Source of the DNA: a virus
Strand: one strand, 5' to 3'
Length of the DNA: 64,000 nucleotides
Virus record (IMG/VR): IMGVR_UViG_3300037313_000284
Span: 76,865-140,864 of that record
The first letter of the stretch is position 1. Each line of letters opens with the position of its first letter. The translations under genes were made by a program, and so were the position numbers. Shown here piece after piece: positions 8,833 through 17,833 of this stretch. The notes under the pieces were generated by a model that had not been told where the DNA came from, did no database searches, and saw nothing but the letters and a program-made list of their open reading frames with translations.

Positions 8833-9310
8833 GATCTTCGTCCATCATTTGCGCAAGCGCGCTAGCTGATAATAAAACTTCGCCGCGCTTAGCGGTGTCT
8901 TCACCTAGACGAGAAGCTTGATTAACTTCGTCACCCCACATGTCCTTATCGAATAGGATCGTGCGACCGTACCCGATACCGATAGAGCAAGGGAAATCCG
9001 AAGCTAGTTGCTTAGCCGCCGACACCGCGTCTTTCACGTTAGGAAAGATCGCAAAGATATCGTCAGCTTCCATCTTTACTATCTCGCCGCCGTGCGTCTC
9101 TACGATAGGCTTACTGACAATTTGAAAGCGACGTATTTGCAGCATAGCCGCGAATACGCCTTCGGTTTCTGTAATGCGACTAAACCCGCTCATGTCCGCA
9201 ATGAACACGGCGACGTCTCTGCCGAATAACCGATCCATATCCTCAGATATGTAAGGTTCGGTTTCCGGTCGCGCTAATACTAAATCAAGCAGGCGCGTAA
9301 GAAACATCAC
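8825..9310 (-). CDS. stand-alone class III adenylate/guanylate cyclase
   Basis: FIADMSGFS, GGEIVKMEADD, SIGIGYG, DMWGDEVNQASRL, GEVLLS motifs. Confidence 0.85.
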   Translation of the reverse strand: MMFLTRLLDLVLARPETEPYISEDMDRLFGRDVAVFIADMSGFSRITETEGVFAAMLQIRRFQIVSKPIVETHGGEIVKMEADDIFAIFPNVKDAVSAAKQLASDFPCSIGIGYGRTILFDKDMWGDEVNQASRLGEDTAKRGEVLLSASALAQMMDEDHG

Positions 9311-10716
9311 CGCATTCCTTGAACAGGCTCAACGCCAGCACCAAACACTAACTGCTTGTTGCCTTTCACGTTGAACAAGGGATAGAGCATAGTTTCGGTT
9401 AGTGTAGGCTCCATAAGTTCGGTCATAACCGAGCAAGAGATAACTTGACCCCTAGCAGTTTCAACCGGTGTGACTGTGGTTACGCGCCACATCAATCTAT
9501 ACTTATTATCGCCTATTAACGAGTTGCGGTCAACTTTACCTACCTCAGGTGGTAAAGACACTTCAATACCATCACCTCGGATTGCAACGGAATGTCCAGC
9601 GGTTTGGTTGAAGTTAGTAACTTGTCCGCGCACCACGTTGTGAATGAGAGTCACGTCAACGTGCGTCAAATCAATCGGGTAGTCCTTAGTGTTGGTAGCC
9701 CGAATGACTAATGTTTGCAGGTTGACTTGGCTAACGCTCGCGAGTTGCGCAATAGGTGCGTACGTCGTGCCGTCTAGCGAGTACGTAATAACTACGTCAG
9801 ACGCGTGTCGGCCATCATAAGCCACGGCCCATGCAAACTGGAAATAGTTAGGGCAGTTTAGCCCGCCCCATTCCACGTAGTCGTCAGGGTCCAGATGATA
9901 AACCGGAGGCATAACGCTTTCATCCGCGCCTAGCATCGGAACCATAGTCGCGTTGACAGACGATAATACTAACCGGGTACCGCCTAATAGATCATAGCCG
10001 CCTAGCAAGCCCGTTCCGAAGCAGATTGGGCACGTCTGCGAACTGCCAATGACGTAAGCGTTGTCCGCAAGAATGCTATCGGGATTCCACGCGTCTTTTT
10101 CGTAGTCCGCTATTAACTCCTCACCGAATTCGTCGGAAGGGCTATCGGAATACTCGTGATCATATTCCCCTGCGTGGCGTCCATCGTGCATCGGACCTTC
10201 GTACGGACCAACCGAAAGAGAGTTAGTAGTGTAAGGGTCGGTGGTGCCACTAGTGGAAGTCTTCGGCGGAGGTACTTCATCGTCAAATACATCGGCTTCC
10301 GAAAAGTTATGATCAGCACGATAACTTTTGGTTTGCGCGAAGTGGTGGTCATCGGCGGACACGTCTCTAACACGAACGCGCAAGGTACTGCCTGCCGTGT
10401 CCAGATCGTCAGTGGTGTCTTCTGCTACGCCTAGCACATGCGAATTACTAGACGGCGTTTCCGCCACGTGATCGCTAGGCTCAGTTTCGCAACCGCAACG
10501 AACACCGAATTTCTTAGGGGAGAAAACGAACAACTGCGTAGCGTCAATCGAAATCGCTTCCGCAATACGACGCGATGCAGCAGACGTTAATAAATCGATA
10601 CGGTCCTGTGCGGCGTGCGCTATACCAGCATTAGGCGGCACAATTCCATGCACTCGACCGGGCGAACCGGCGTGTTGCCCTGGTACGGACCGAGTGCCGA
10701 ATCTGAAACGGGTCAT
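9307..10716 (-). CDS. putative neck / head-completion protein
   Basis: CGC ... CPICFGTGLLGGY motif seen in large-phage neck proteins. Confidence 0.5.
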   Translation of the reverse strand: MTRFRFGTRSVPGQHAGSPGRVHGIVPPNAGIAHAAQDRIDLLTSAASRRIAEAISIDATQLFVFSPKKFGVRCGCETEPSDHVAETPSSNSHVLGVAEDTTDDLDTAGSTLRVRVRDVSADDHHFAQTKSYRADHNFSEADVFDDEVPPPKTSTSGTTDPYTTNSLSVGPYEGPMHDGRHAGEYDHEYSDSPSDEFGEELIADYEKDAWNPDSILADNAYVIGSSQTCPICFGTGLLGGYDLLGGTRLVLSSVNATMVPMLGADESVMPPVYHLDPDDYVEWGGLNCPNYFQFAWAVAYDGRHASDVVITYSLDGTTYAPIAQLASVSQVNLQTLVIRATNTKDYPIDLTHVDVTLIHNVVRGQVTNFNQTAGHSVAIRGDGIEVSLPPEVGKVDRNSLIGDNKYRLMWRVTTVTPVETARGQVISCSVMTELMEPTLTETMLYPLFNVKGNKQLVFGAGVEPVQGMR

Positions 10717-10730
10717 GAGGCTGCTCGGGT

Positions 10731-10756
10731 TAATTTATTAGCTGAAGTTAAATTAG
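10731..10756. promoter_or_regulatory. pair of oppositely oriented late-promoter motifs between divergent genes
   Basis: TAATTTATTAG on plus (10731) and CTAATTTA on minus (10749-10756). Confidence 0.5.
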
Positions 10757-10788
10757 CTGCTATCCAGTTAGTGTAGTAGCTCCGCGTA

Positions 10789-11421
10789 ATGGAGATAGCA
10801 GTGTCTATCGGATATGAGTTGCCGTTATTCCCGCTTCAAGCGAAGGCTCACAACAAGGTTATTTACCGATTAGGTGAAGGTGAACCTAGCATTATATGGG
10901 CGGGTCGGCAGGCCGGTAAAACGGAAATCTGTCGGCGTGTTTCACATGCGTTTGAAGCCGCACACCAAGTCGGCATCAGTTATTCACCGGAACATTTCGA
11001 AGACTTTTTAATCGAAGACTATGACCACTTCCATCCGGCGGAAGTGACATTGGAATTCGGGGCAGAGCTAGAGCCGATTTGGGAAGCATTAACTCCGCAA
11101 ACGGTCGTGTTCATTGATAACCTATTTGAACTGCCATTCGCGGAAGAGTTGTTTTATCGAATAGCGCACGTCACGCCGCATATAGTCGCTATGACCAGCA
11201 TAGGCATTGAAGACTCCGGTTGGGACGTTAGTAAAACTATAGCCTACATGATTGGTCCGTACGCCACTTGGGAAATGAACCCGATGATGGATCAAGAGGC
11301 GCTTAGAGAATCGCGGTCGATGACACCCGGTGATCGTCGTAAGTTCAATGATGAATTATTAGCTTGCGTGAACACGAAGTACATGTGGAAGGATTGGGCA
11401 TGCAAAACTTCCAAAAGCTAA
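10789..11421 (+). CDS. terminase-type P-loop ATPase-like protein (short, no nuclease domain)
   Basis: Q motif, AGRQAGKTE Walker A, VVFIDN Walker-B-like; only 210 aa. Confidence 0.55.
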   Translation: MEIAVSIGYELPLFPLQAKAHNKVIYRLGEGEPSIIWAGRQAGKTEICRRVSHAFEAAHQVGISYSPEHFEDFLIEDYDHFHPAEVTLEFGAELEPIWEALTPQTVVFIDNLFELPFAEELFYRIAHVTPHIVAMTSIGIEDSGWDVSKTIAYMIGPYATWEMNPMMDQEALRESRSMTPGDRRKFNDELLACVNTKYMWKDWACKTSKS

Positions 11422-11708
11422 CTATCGAAGAATTAGTGGTGTTGCGTAAGGCTTGTCATGATCGGCCATTTGCCGGAGATATGTTAATCGGCGACACGTT
11501 CATGCCGCAAGAGTTTCACGGGACTGCTAGCGAATTCGATATCTTGAATAAACTAGCGGACTACTATCTGATTGATTACCACGACGAAGGTTGGTTCGGA
11601 ACTGACAAAGGTTACGAACTGTTAGATTATTATCGCCCATGTCTCGGCAATTACGGATTAGCCGGACCGACACCAGGGCAATTGAAAGCATTTATATATG
11701 GCACATGA
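11400..11708 (+). CDS. winged-helix-like hypothetical protein
   Basis: Start MQNFQKL; L.D..LI......TDKGYELL resembles a wing motif. Confidence 0.55.
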   Translation: MQNFQKLTIEELVVLRKACHDRPFAGDMLIGDTFMPQEFHGTASEFDILNKLADYYLIDYHDEGWFGTDKGYELLDYYRPCLGNYGLAGPTPGQLKAFIYGT

Positions 11709-12396
11709 AATTTGGCTGGGGGCTGATCCTGGAACTGCTCACTTCGCTGTTACTGTAATCCGATATTGTACGGAAACCCGGCGCAAGAAAGTGCTGTACG
11801 TCGGCATGATCGAAAACCCGATCAAGAACCTGACAGAAACCGCAGTTACTATGAAGCGTCGTAAAAAGAAAAACGGCGTAGCACAACCGCATATCGATAA
11901 GGATGAACCGCGTCTGTCTATTGCGGTGAAGCTGTTCACTGACGAGATTGATTGGCTACTAACTACGTATAAGGTCACGCACTTCGTAGGCGAGCGTTTC
12001 CAAGCGCGCGGGCGCATGATGGGTGATACCATCGAGGCCGTAAGCACGATGATGGGGATTATTATCGCCATGTGTCAACGGCGTCGTATTAAATTCCTGA
12101 CCACCATTGCAGGGGTCTGGAAAGGCGCCATCGCACGGCAACGCTGTGACTTGCCAAAGCTCTACGCAAATGGTATTATTATATATCAAAAAGCGTTGGC
12201 AGAAGCAGGCTTCAAAGCAACGCAAGGTGAGGCTAGTGATATCGTTCATATGATCGATAGTTCGTTAATAGCCTTGTGGCATGCAGATCGAGAACAAGTA
12301 TGGGCGAACAGTTCACTCTTACGCGTACTAACAGAGCGCTTGCTTCGTCAAGCAAGCGCAGGCGAGTCATCATCCGAGCGGCTGAACGAATCGTAG
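11698..12396 (+). CDS. ruvC: RuvC-like Holliday junction resolvase
   Basis: LGADPG, VGERFQ, WK and C-terminal HMIDS acidic motifs. Confidence 0.7.
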   Translation: MAHEIWLGADPGTAHFAVTVIRYCTETRRKKVLYVGMIENPIKNLTETAVTMKRRKKKNGVAQPHIDKDEPRLSIAVKLFTDEIDWLLTTYKVTHFVGERFQARGRMMGDTIEAVSTMMGIIIAMCQRRRIKFLTTIAGVWKGAIARQRCDLPKLYANGIIIYQKALAEAGFKATQGEASDIVHMIDSSLIALWHADREQVWANSSLLRVLTERLLRQASAGESSSERLNES

Positions 12397-12422
12397 CCGC
12401 CAGCAAGATCACTACGTGTGCA

Positions 12423-12755
12423 ATGGCCCCGGAACTAAGCTACAAGGGGTCAGCTTGTCCGGTTATTAATTGCTACATGCGCAACGAACAAAACGGAGCC
12501 TGCACCGCAGCCGAAGAGGCTAAAGCGAGTAGCAAGCTAATGCGTGAAGCAATGACGATTGTCGAAATCATCTATGCGACGCGTGAAGCCCCGGAGTGGG
12601 CCAAGTTTACTATGGTCACCACCCTCAATGAGAAGCACGAACGCTTTATTAAAGAGGCTGATCTAGACGCGGGTAAGCTGCAATACGTGCTAGATCAAAA
12701 TCCCCTTTACGCGACTACACTGCTTAGTGTGTTCAAATCGCAAGCGGAGGAATAA
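12423..12755 (+). CDS. hypothetical protein with CPxxxC motif
   Basis: ORF track; start uncertain. Confidence 0.55.
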   Translation: MAPELSYKGSACPVINCYMRNEQNGACTAAEEAKASSKLMREAMTIVEIIYATREAPEWAKFTMVTTLNEKHERFIKEADLDAGKLQYVLDQNPLYATTLLSVFKSQAEE

Positions 12756-12756
12756 C

Positions 12757-12969
12757 ATGTTGATATTGATTTTAATTATTATCGGACTTGCCTTGCTCGG
12801 GTTTAGCGAGCACTACCTGCGAAAGCACCTGGATTGGGTAAAGACGTGGGGCTTTCCGGAAGAACCTGCGCATGGCTATATTAACTATCCTATAGCTCTC
12901 GTGCTTACGTTAGTAGCCACCGTGCTAGAGGTTACTGCTTTCGCATTAATGATAGCCAGATTCGTATAG
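12757..12969 (+). CDS. small 2-TM membrane protein
   Basis: GGAGG RBS, two hydrophobic helices. Confidence 0.7.
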   Translation: MLILILIIIGLALLGFSEHYLRKHLDWVKTWGFPEEPAHGYINYPIALVLTLVATVLEVTAFALMIARFV

Positions 12970-12978
12970 AGAAAACGA

Positions 12979-13212
12979 ATGGACCCGATTATTGCAACTG
13001 CATTGTTAGGGTTAGCTGCCTGCATAAGCTTTATGTTTGCGTTAGGCAACGCGCTCTATTGGGAAGACGCAAGTCGATTGGCCTATTACAAAGAAAACAA
13101 TAGCATCAATGGCATTTGGACTGGCGTTTGGGTAATCGTGTTTCTTCTTTGTGTTTGCGGGTTAGTTGTTTACACGCCCAAGGCGTTCTTAGTGCTTAAA
13201 GCTTGTTTATAA
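12979..13212 (+). CDS. small 2-TM membrane protein
   Basis: Two hydrophobic helices. Confidence 0.65.
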   Translation: MDPIIATALLGLAACISFMFALGNALYWEDASRLAYYKENNSINGIWTGVWVIVFLLCVCGLVVYTPKAFLVLKACL

Positions 13213-13300
13213 GGTCTGCCGTCTCGATCAATTTATTGGCGAGGCTGAGAGATTATAAGCCTCGGCCAAACCAATTTGCATCGAGAAGTGGTAGACTACA

Positions 13301-13918
13301 ATGGAATCCAAGAGCTTTAACCTGTACGAACAACAAACTAAAGTCCGCGAAATCCTTAAGGATGATAGCAGCGACTCGTTCTTTATTCTAAACGTTTCGG
13401 ACCGCCCCGACCGTAACCAGAAGGCCACGCGTGAACTCGCTATGGTCTTGTTCGCGGTTACTGTTGACGGTGAATCGCGTATTATTCGCGTGCCGCCTAG
13501 CTGGGTTCCGATTGACGCGGGCATGCAAGCGCCTAAGAAGGTTATTGCGGCGAGCGGTGAATTCCAACGCGCGTTAACGGCTGGCGCTATCGTGGTGCTG
13601 GACGATGAGACTGGTCGCCGCATTATTAGCGCTGACACTGAGAGCCGCGATGAATATGCTAAGGTCATGGCTATCGCGCAAAACGTCAACGGTTCGGGCC
13701 AAGGTTATCAGTCTTATAACCAATCGGAATCGGAAGCGGCGGATGATCCGTGGGCCAACGTTTCGGCTAGCGTGAAGGTCAACGTGCAGGAAGTCGAAGC
13801 TAATAACATGTCAGAAGTTGAATTCCGTAGCTTCCTGCGTCGTGAGGCTCGCTCGATTTCCGCGCTGGATAAGAAGTATATCTCGGACAAGCTGCCTACT
13901 CTGAACATCACGGTCTAA
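13301..13918 (+). CDS. hypothetical phage protein
   Basis: 205 aa; CAATTTATTGG at 13229 upstream; terminator downstream. Confidence 0.8.
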   Translation: MESKSFNLYEQQTKVREILKDDSSDSFFILNVSDRPDRNQKATRELAMVLFAVTVDGESRIIRVPPSWVPIDAGMQAPKKVIAASGEFQRALTAGAIVVLDDETGRRIISADTESRDEYAKVMAIAQNVNGSGQGYQSYNQSESEAADDPWANVSASVKVNVQEVEANNMSEVEFRSFLRREARSISALDKKYISDKLPTLNITV

Positions 13919-13939
13919 CCTAAGACAGTCCAAGACTCA

Positions 13940-13974
13940 AAAAGCCCCGGTGCATGCACCGGGGCTTTTCTTTT
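13940..13974. terminator. bidirectional intrinsic terminator
   Basis: AAAAGCCCCGGTGCATGCACCGGGGCTTTT between convergent genes. Confidence 0.9.
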
Positions 13975-13982
13975 GCCTATTA

Positions 13983-16900
13983 CTAGACTGCGACTATTTC
14001 TACCTCGTTAATAGTGGGGTCACCACCACCAGCGCCAGTAGCCGACGAGCTAGTGCCTACTGCAATCCAAAGTTCCGTGGACAGCGCCGTGAAAGTAAAC
14101 GACGGATGATCATAAGGCTTCGGAGAGTCGGTAGACGGGATGCTAGTATTTAGATACTCACTAGTGATAGCGTTAGCCGATCTAGACGCACCTAATTGCA
14201 ACGAAGTTGTATTAGTGGTGTTTTGATCGGTAGCGCCCATCGCTAGCTTAATAGTAGCACGATACGTAACGCCGACAGTAAGCGGCTGTCTTGCGGCAAG
14301 GTTCATACGCAGAGTCGGGAAGCGTCCGGTATTAGTAACTACCGGCTGACCTTTGTCTCCGTAAATGACGCCTTGCGCCACCACAACGGTGTCTTCACCC
14401 ACGGTCTTAGTCTTAACAAGATCGGGGTTGTGCACCACGTTCATCGGCGTCCACGTGCCACCAGTGATTTGCTGGATGGATTCGTTTTGTGCCGAGGTTA
14501 ACACTTCATTGTAGTATAGTTTGAACGAGGCTTCGAAACCAGTCTTAATAATCTGCCCGGCGGGTTGTGCAGGACGCGCCGGAACTGTGATCGTATTACT
14601 AAGCACTTCGAAACCACCCACCGTGACTTTGGTCCTATGCGACGTGTTAAGGTCGGCAAATTCCAAGTCATAGCGAGCCGTTGCAGCCGCTCCACTAATA
14701 GCAACAGTGTCGCGTTGGTGTTCGAACGTAAACGTGCCTGAGATATTACCCGACCACAAACCATAGCCAGTATAAATTTGCGTGTTTTGGTTAAGGTCAA
14801 TAGCAGAACCAGCTTCGATAAAGTCCGGCCCATCCCAGCCGCCATAACGACGAACGAATTGTTTCGGAGCTTCTAGGTTGACAACCGCGCCAGAAGCCGC
14901 ATTCGTAGGTGTGACAGTTAATCTTTCTTGACCACCCAACTTTTTCGGAAAGTTGAATGACCACGTAGACCAACCAAACGCATTACGACGACGGAACTGC
15001 ACGTAATACTTACGCGTAGGCAAGTTCGAAACTGAACCGGAAGCCGGAGCGTTAGTAATAGTCGTCCACGTCATCTGATCGATGCTATAGCGAACCTGAT
15101 ATTCTAGAATCGGATAACCAGGAGTAGTGTGTCCAACGTTCGTTAAGTTCCAGGCGAAACCAGTCGCAGTAGCAGTTAATATGCCTAGCGTAGCAGCCTT
15201 ATCCGAACCAGCGTTAGTCTTGAACGGTGTAATACACTCCGGACGACCTTCCCAAACCGGGAGAGCCATTAGATTTAGTGTATTACGTAATAACGTGTAG
15301 AGCGCTTGATATTGCGCAGACAAGAACGTTGCCGTTCCAGTCTCATACATGTCCATGGTTAGGAATGTCATGTAACGGTCAACGAAAGCAACAGCCGCGC
15401 CTAGTTGACCAGCGGTCGCCCAAGTATTACCGCCAGCTAGAACCGACCAACCATCCCATCCGTTTGGACCGTTTCTAAAGCACCCGATATTAAGCATTTC
15501 GGGAACGCCTGCGCCACATGAAGTACCCAGATAGTCAGCGTCAATCTGACTATCGAAGTTACTAGCAATCGGCGGCGGTTGTGACGGAGTTTGAGTACCC
15601 CAATGAGGTATACCCACGTCTTCTGGATAGAACGTCCTGAAATAAACGTCGTGGTTACCAGGATAATTAGTAGCAATCCCGACGAATTCAACAGGAACGT
15701 AGAACGGTTGGTGCGTAGGGTTGCTCTTAATATTTAAGCATTTCGTCATCAACCCGGACACTTTTTCCCAATAGGCGTGTCCGAATAATTGTACGAATTG
15801 TTTATGCCCGTTCCACTGCCCAGCACCCGCAGCACCACGGAAGCTTCTATGGTCATAGATATCTAAGTTATTAGCGCCAAACGTCAGCGCTGTAATCCAA
15901 GCTGCTTGCGGCGCTGACTGTCCGGCCGCCAAGACTGCCGTAAGCCACTTAGACCAAGTGATACCGAAGTCCCGTGAATATCCGCTGTCACTAATCTTAT
16001 CGACCATGAATCTACGACGTTTTTCCGCGTCGTGAATCCACCAAGGTTGTAGGGCGGTAAAATATTCTGCGCCCGTTGCGGTAACAGTTGCTAAGTCTGG
16101 TGCACCAGACGGCAGAGTGAATCCATTACCCAAAGCTGCGCGGTTAGCCATACTAACAGTATAGCGAGTGGATTTACTGGTAGCGCTAGGCGAAGGTGCA
16201 ATCGCGCCGTTCGGCGGCACGGAGCTAACAATATGTAGCACGCCGTAACCATCGAATATCCGCCATTGCCCAACTTGTGGTGTAGTTAATCCACTTCGAC
16301 GAATAGATTTAACAACTGATTTCTCGTTACCAATAGCGATGGCAATCGGGGAACTCTTAGTCGCGGGGTCCACGTTTAGTGTGTGCGTGTACGTAGTCGA
16401 AGAAGCACTACCGATGCCGCCTCCGTCAGCCCACACCGCTAGCATGCCGTCGAAGCCTTGCGCTTCGCTGCCGTAAACCATCCACGGGTCAATCATCACG
16501 CCGTTGGCCCAATACGATTGGCCTGTCATTAGGGTGGCGCTACCACCCGGAGGGGTCATCGTAAAGTTACCGGAAGCCGTATTAACACCATCTGGTGTAA
16601 TCTGCGTGATATTAAACACGCGATCCGAGATCGCGAACGGCTGACCGTCGGCGTAGCGACCCACAAGCACCGGAACGCTAAAGTAGAAAGTCACATCACC
16701 ATGAGTGATCGACGATTGTAGCGAAGTGGGCGTCACCGAAGCAATAACCGTGACAGCAATTGCAAAATTGGGCGACGTTAGACCGGTAGCGACGCTAGTG
16801 GCACGCACGATAACATCGTAAACGTTATTACCGCCAACGTCGACGGGGTTTTCGAAATCCTTAGGCGAACCTTGCCACACAAGGTTACTACCGACGATTT

Positions 16901-17099
16901 GGAAGTTGGCCGCGTCGGCTCCGCCAACGATTGCCCAAGTAACGGACTCGTTAGCGGTTAGCGCGTGAGTTAGCGTAGTTTCGTCAACTACGACGACCGT
17001 ATTCGCCATCGTAACCACAGGGGCGGGTAACGGGTTATACGTTAATAACGCCGCTACGCTGGTGCTCATGAAGCACCCGACTTTAGATAGTTGAGGCAT
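13983..17099 (-). CDS. tail fibre / receptor-binding protein (cadherin-like, FN3 and CBM-like modules)
   Basis: GGADAANF...DFENPVDVGGNNVYDVIVRAT cadherin-like repeat; YYVQFRRRNAFGWSTWS FN3 end. Confidence 0.7.
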   Translation of the reverse strand: MPQLSKVGCFMSTSVAALLTYNPLPAPVVTMANTVVVVDETTLTHALTANESVTWAIVGGADAANFQIVGSNLVWQGSPKDFENPVDVGGNNVYDVIVRATSVATGLTSPNFAIAVTVIASVTPTSLQSSITHGDVTFYFSVPVLVGRYADGQPFAISDRVFNITQITPDGVNTASGNFTMTPPGGSATLMTGQSYWANGVMIDPWMVYGSEAQGFDGMLAVWADGGGIGSASSTTYTHTLNVDPATKSSPIAIAIGNEKSVVKSIRRSGLTTPQVGQWRIFDGYGVLHIVSSVPPNGAIAPSPSATSKSTRYTVSMANRAALGNGFTLPSGAPDLATVTATGAEYFTALQPWWIHDAEKRRRFMVDKISDSGYSRDFGITWSKWLTAVLAAGQSAPQAAWITALTFGANNLDIYDHRSFRGAAGAGQWNGHKQFVQLFGHAYWEKVSGLMTKCLNIKSNPTHQPFYVPVEFVGIATNYPGNHDVYFRTFYPEDVGIPHWGTQTPSQPPPIASNFDSQIDADYLGTSCGAGVPEMLNIGCFRNGPNGWDGWSVLAGGNTWATAGQLGAAVAFVDRYMTFLTMDMYETGTATFLSAQYQALYTLLRNTLNLMALPVWEGRPECITPFKTNAGSDKAATLGILTATATGFAWNLTNVGHTTPGYPILEYQVRYSIDQMTWTTITNAPASGSVSNLPTRKYYVQFRRRNAFGWSTWSFNFPKKLGGQERLTVTPTNAASGAVVNLEAPKQFVRRYGGWDGPDFIEAGSAIDLNQNTQIYTGYGLWSGNISGTFTFEHQRDTVAISGAAATARYDLEFADLNTSHRTKVTVGGFEVLSNTITVPARPAQPAGQIIKTGFEASFKLYYNEVLTSAQNESIQQITGGTWTPMNVVHNPDLVKTKTVGEDTVVVAQGVIYGDKGQPVVTNTGRFPTLRMNLAARQPLTVGVTYRATIKLAMGATDQNTTNTTSLQLGASRSANAITSEYLNTSIPSTDSPKPYDHPSFTFTALSTELWIAVGTSSSATGAGGGDPTINEVEIVAV

Positions 17100-17490
17100 T
17101 TAGACTTATCCCATCGTCTGGAGGGATGACACCAACGAGTAACCATTGTTGTCGAGGTATGTCAGGCAACGTTAGTGTCTGATTGGCGAATTCGTGCAGG
17201 CTATCACCACAATAGATGATCATGCCGTTAGTAATAAAGTAGTGGCACCTACCATGGATGCCGTCTTCATCGTTGGGTCCTCCCCAACTAATATTCATAG
17301 ACGGTTGAAAGGTAGGCGAGTCATGGTTCAGGTTATAAGACCACCTAGCTCCGGTATGCGTCGGCTGGTCTACGTAAAAGGGATGCAGGTGTTTGCATGC
17401 GGGGCACCAATGCGCGTAAACCGCGTTATCGCCCCATTCGTAATGGCGCATTATTTTAGCGCTAAGCCACTGCGCTTTGACTTGGCCCAT
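17083..17490 (-). CDS. DUF6527-like Cys/His protein
   Basis: HWCPACKHLH, WSYNLNHDSPTFQPS, RCHYFITNG, YCGDSLH. Confidence 0.7.
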   Translation of the reverse strand: MGQVKAQWLSAKIMRHYEWGDNAVYAHWCPACKHLHPFYVDQPTHTGARWSYNLNHDSPTFQPSMNISWGGPNDEDGIHGRCHYFITNGMIIYCGDSLHEFANQTLTLPDIPRQQWLLVGVIPPDDGISLNASTI

Positions 17491-17547
17491 AGAACGCGGC
17501 TCCTAATGTTCACTTTAATAAATTAGCGCTATACCGATTAAACAAAG

Positions 17548-17579
17548 AAAAAGCCCCCGGAGCCTAGGCTCCGGGGGCT
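17548..17579 (-). terminator. intrinsic terminator
   Basis: AGCCCCCGGAGCC/GGCTCCGGGGGCT stem plus U-tract on minus strand. Confidence 0.85.
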
Positions 17580-17583
17580 GGTG

Positions 17584-17769
17584 TTAGTCTTTAGGTTTAG
17601 TGACGTTGGGTTTTGCACGAACCAATTCTGACATTGGCGATTCTTCTAGTTGCCGCATGATGCGTTCGCGTTCAGCGTCGGACAACTCCGGCGCGGGTTC
17701 GAACCCAAATGAGAACGGTTCGTCGTCTCCCTCGTCGTCGACTAACATATTGAATACTCGATGATGCAA
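17584..17769 (-). CDS. small acidic hypothetical protein
   Basis: Lies between a late motif (17793) and a terminator. Confidence 0.5.
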   Translation of the reverse strand: MHHRVFNMLVDDEGDDEPFSFGFEPAPELSDAERERIMRQLEESPMSELVRAKPNVTKPKD

Positions 17770-17833
17770 CGGCTTCTCGCTGAGCCTGACTGTAAATTAA
17801 TCGAAGTGTCAGGGCTCCGGAGCCAACTCTTAA

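Noticed and set aside
10789-11421. The genuine large terminase
   Set aside because: Too short, lacks the catalytic Glu and the nuclease domain.
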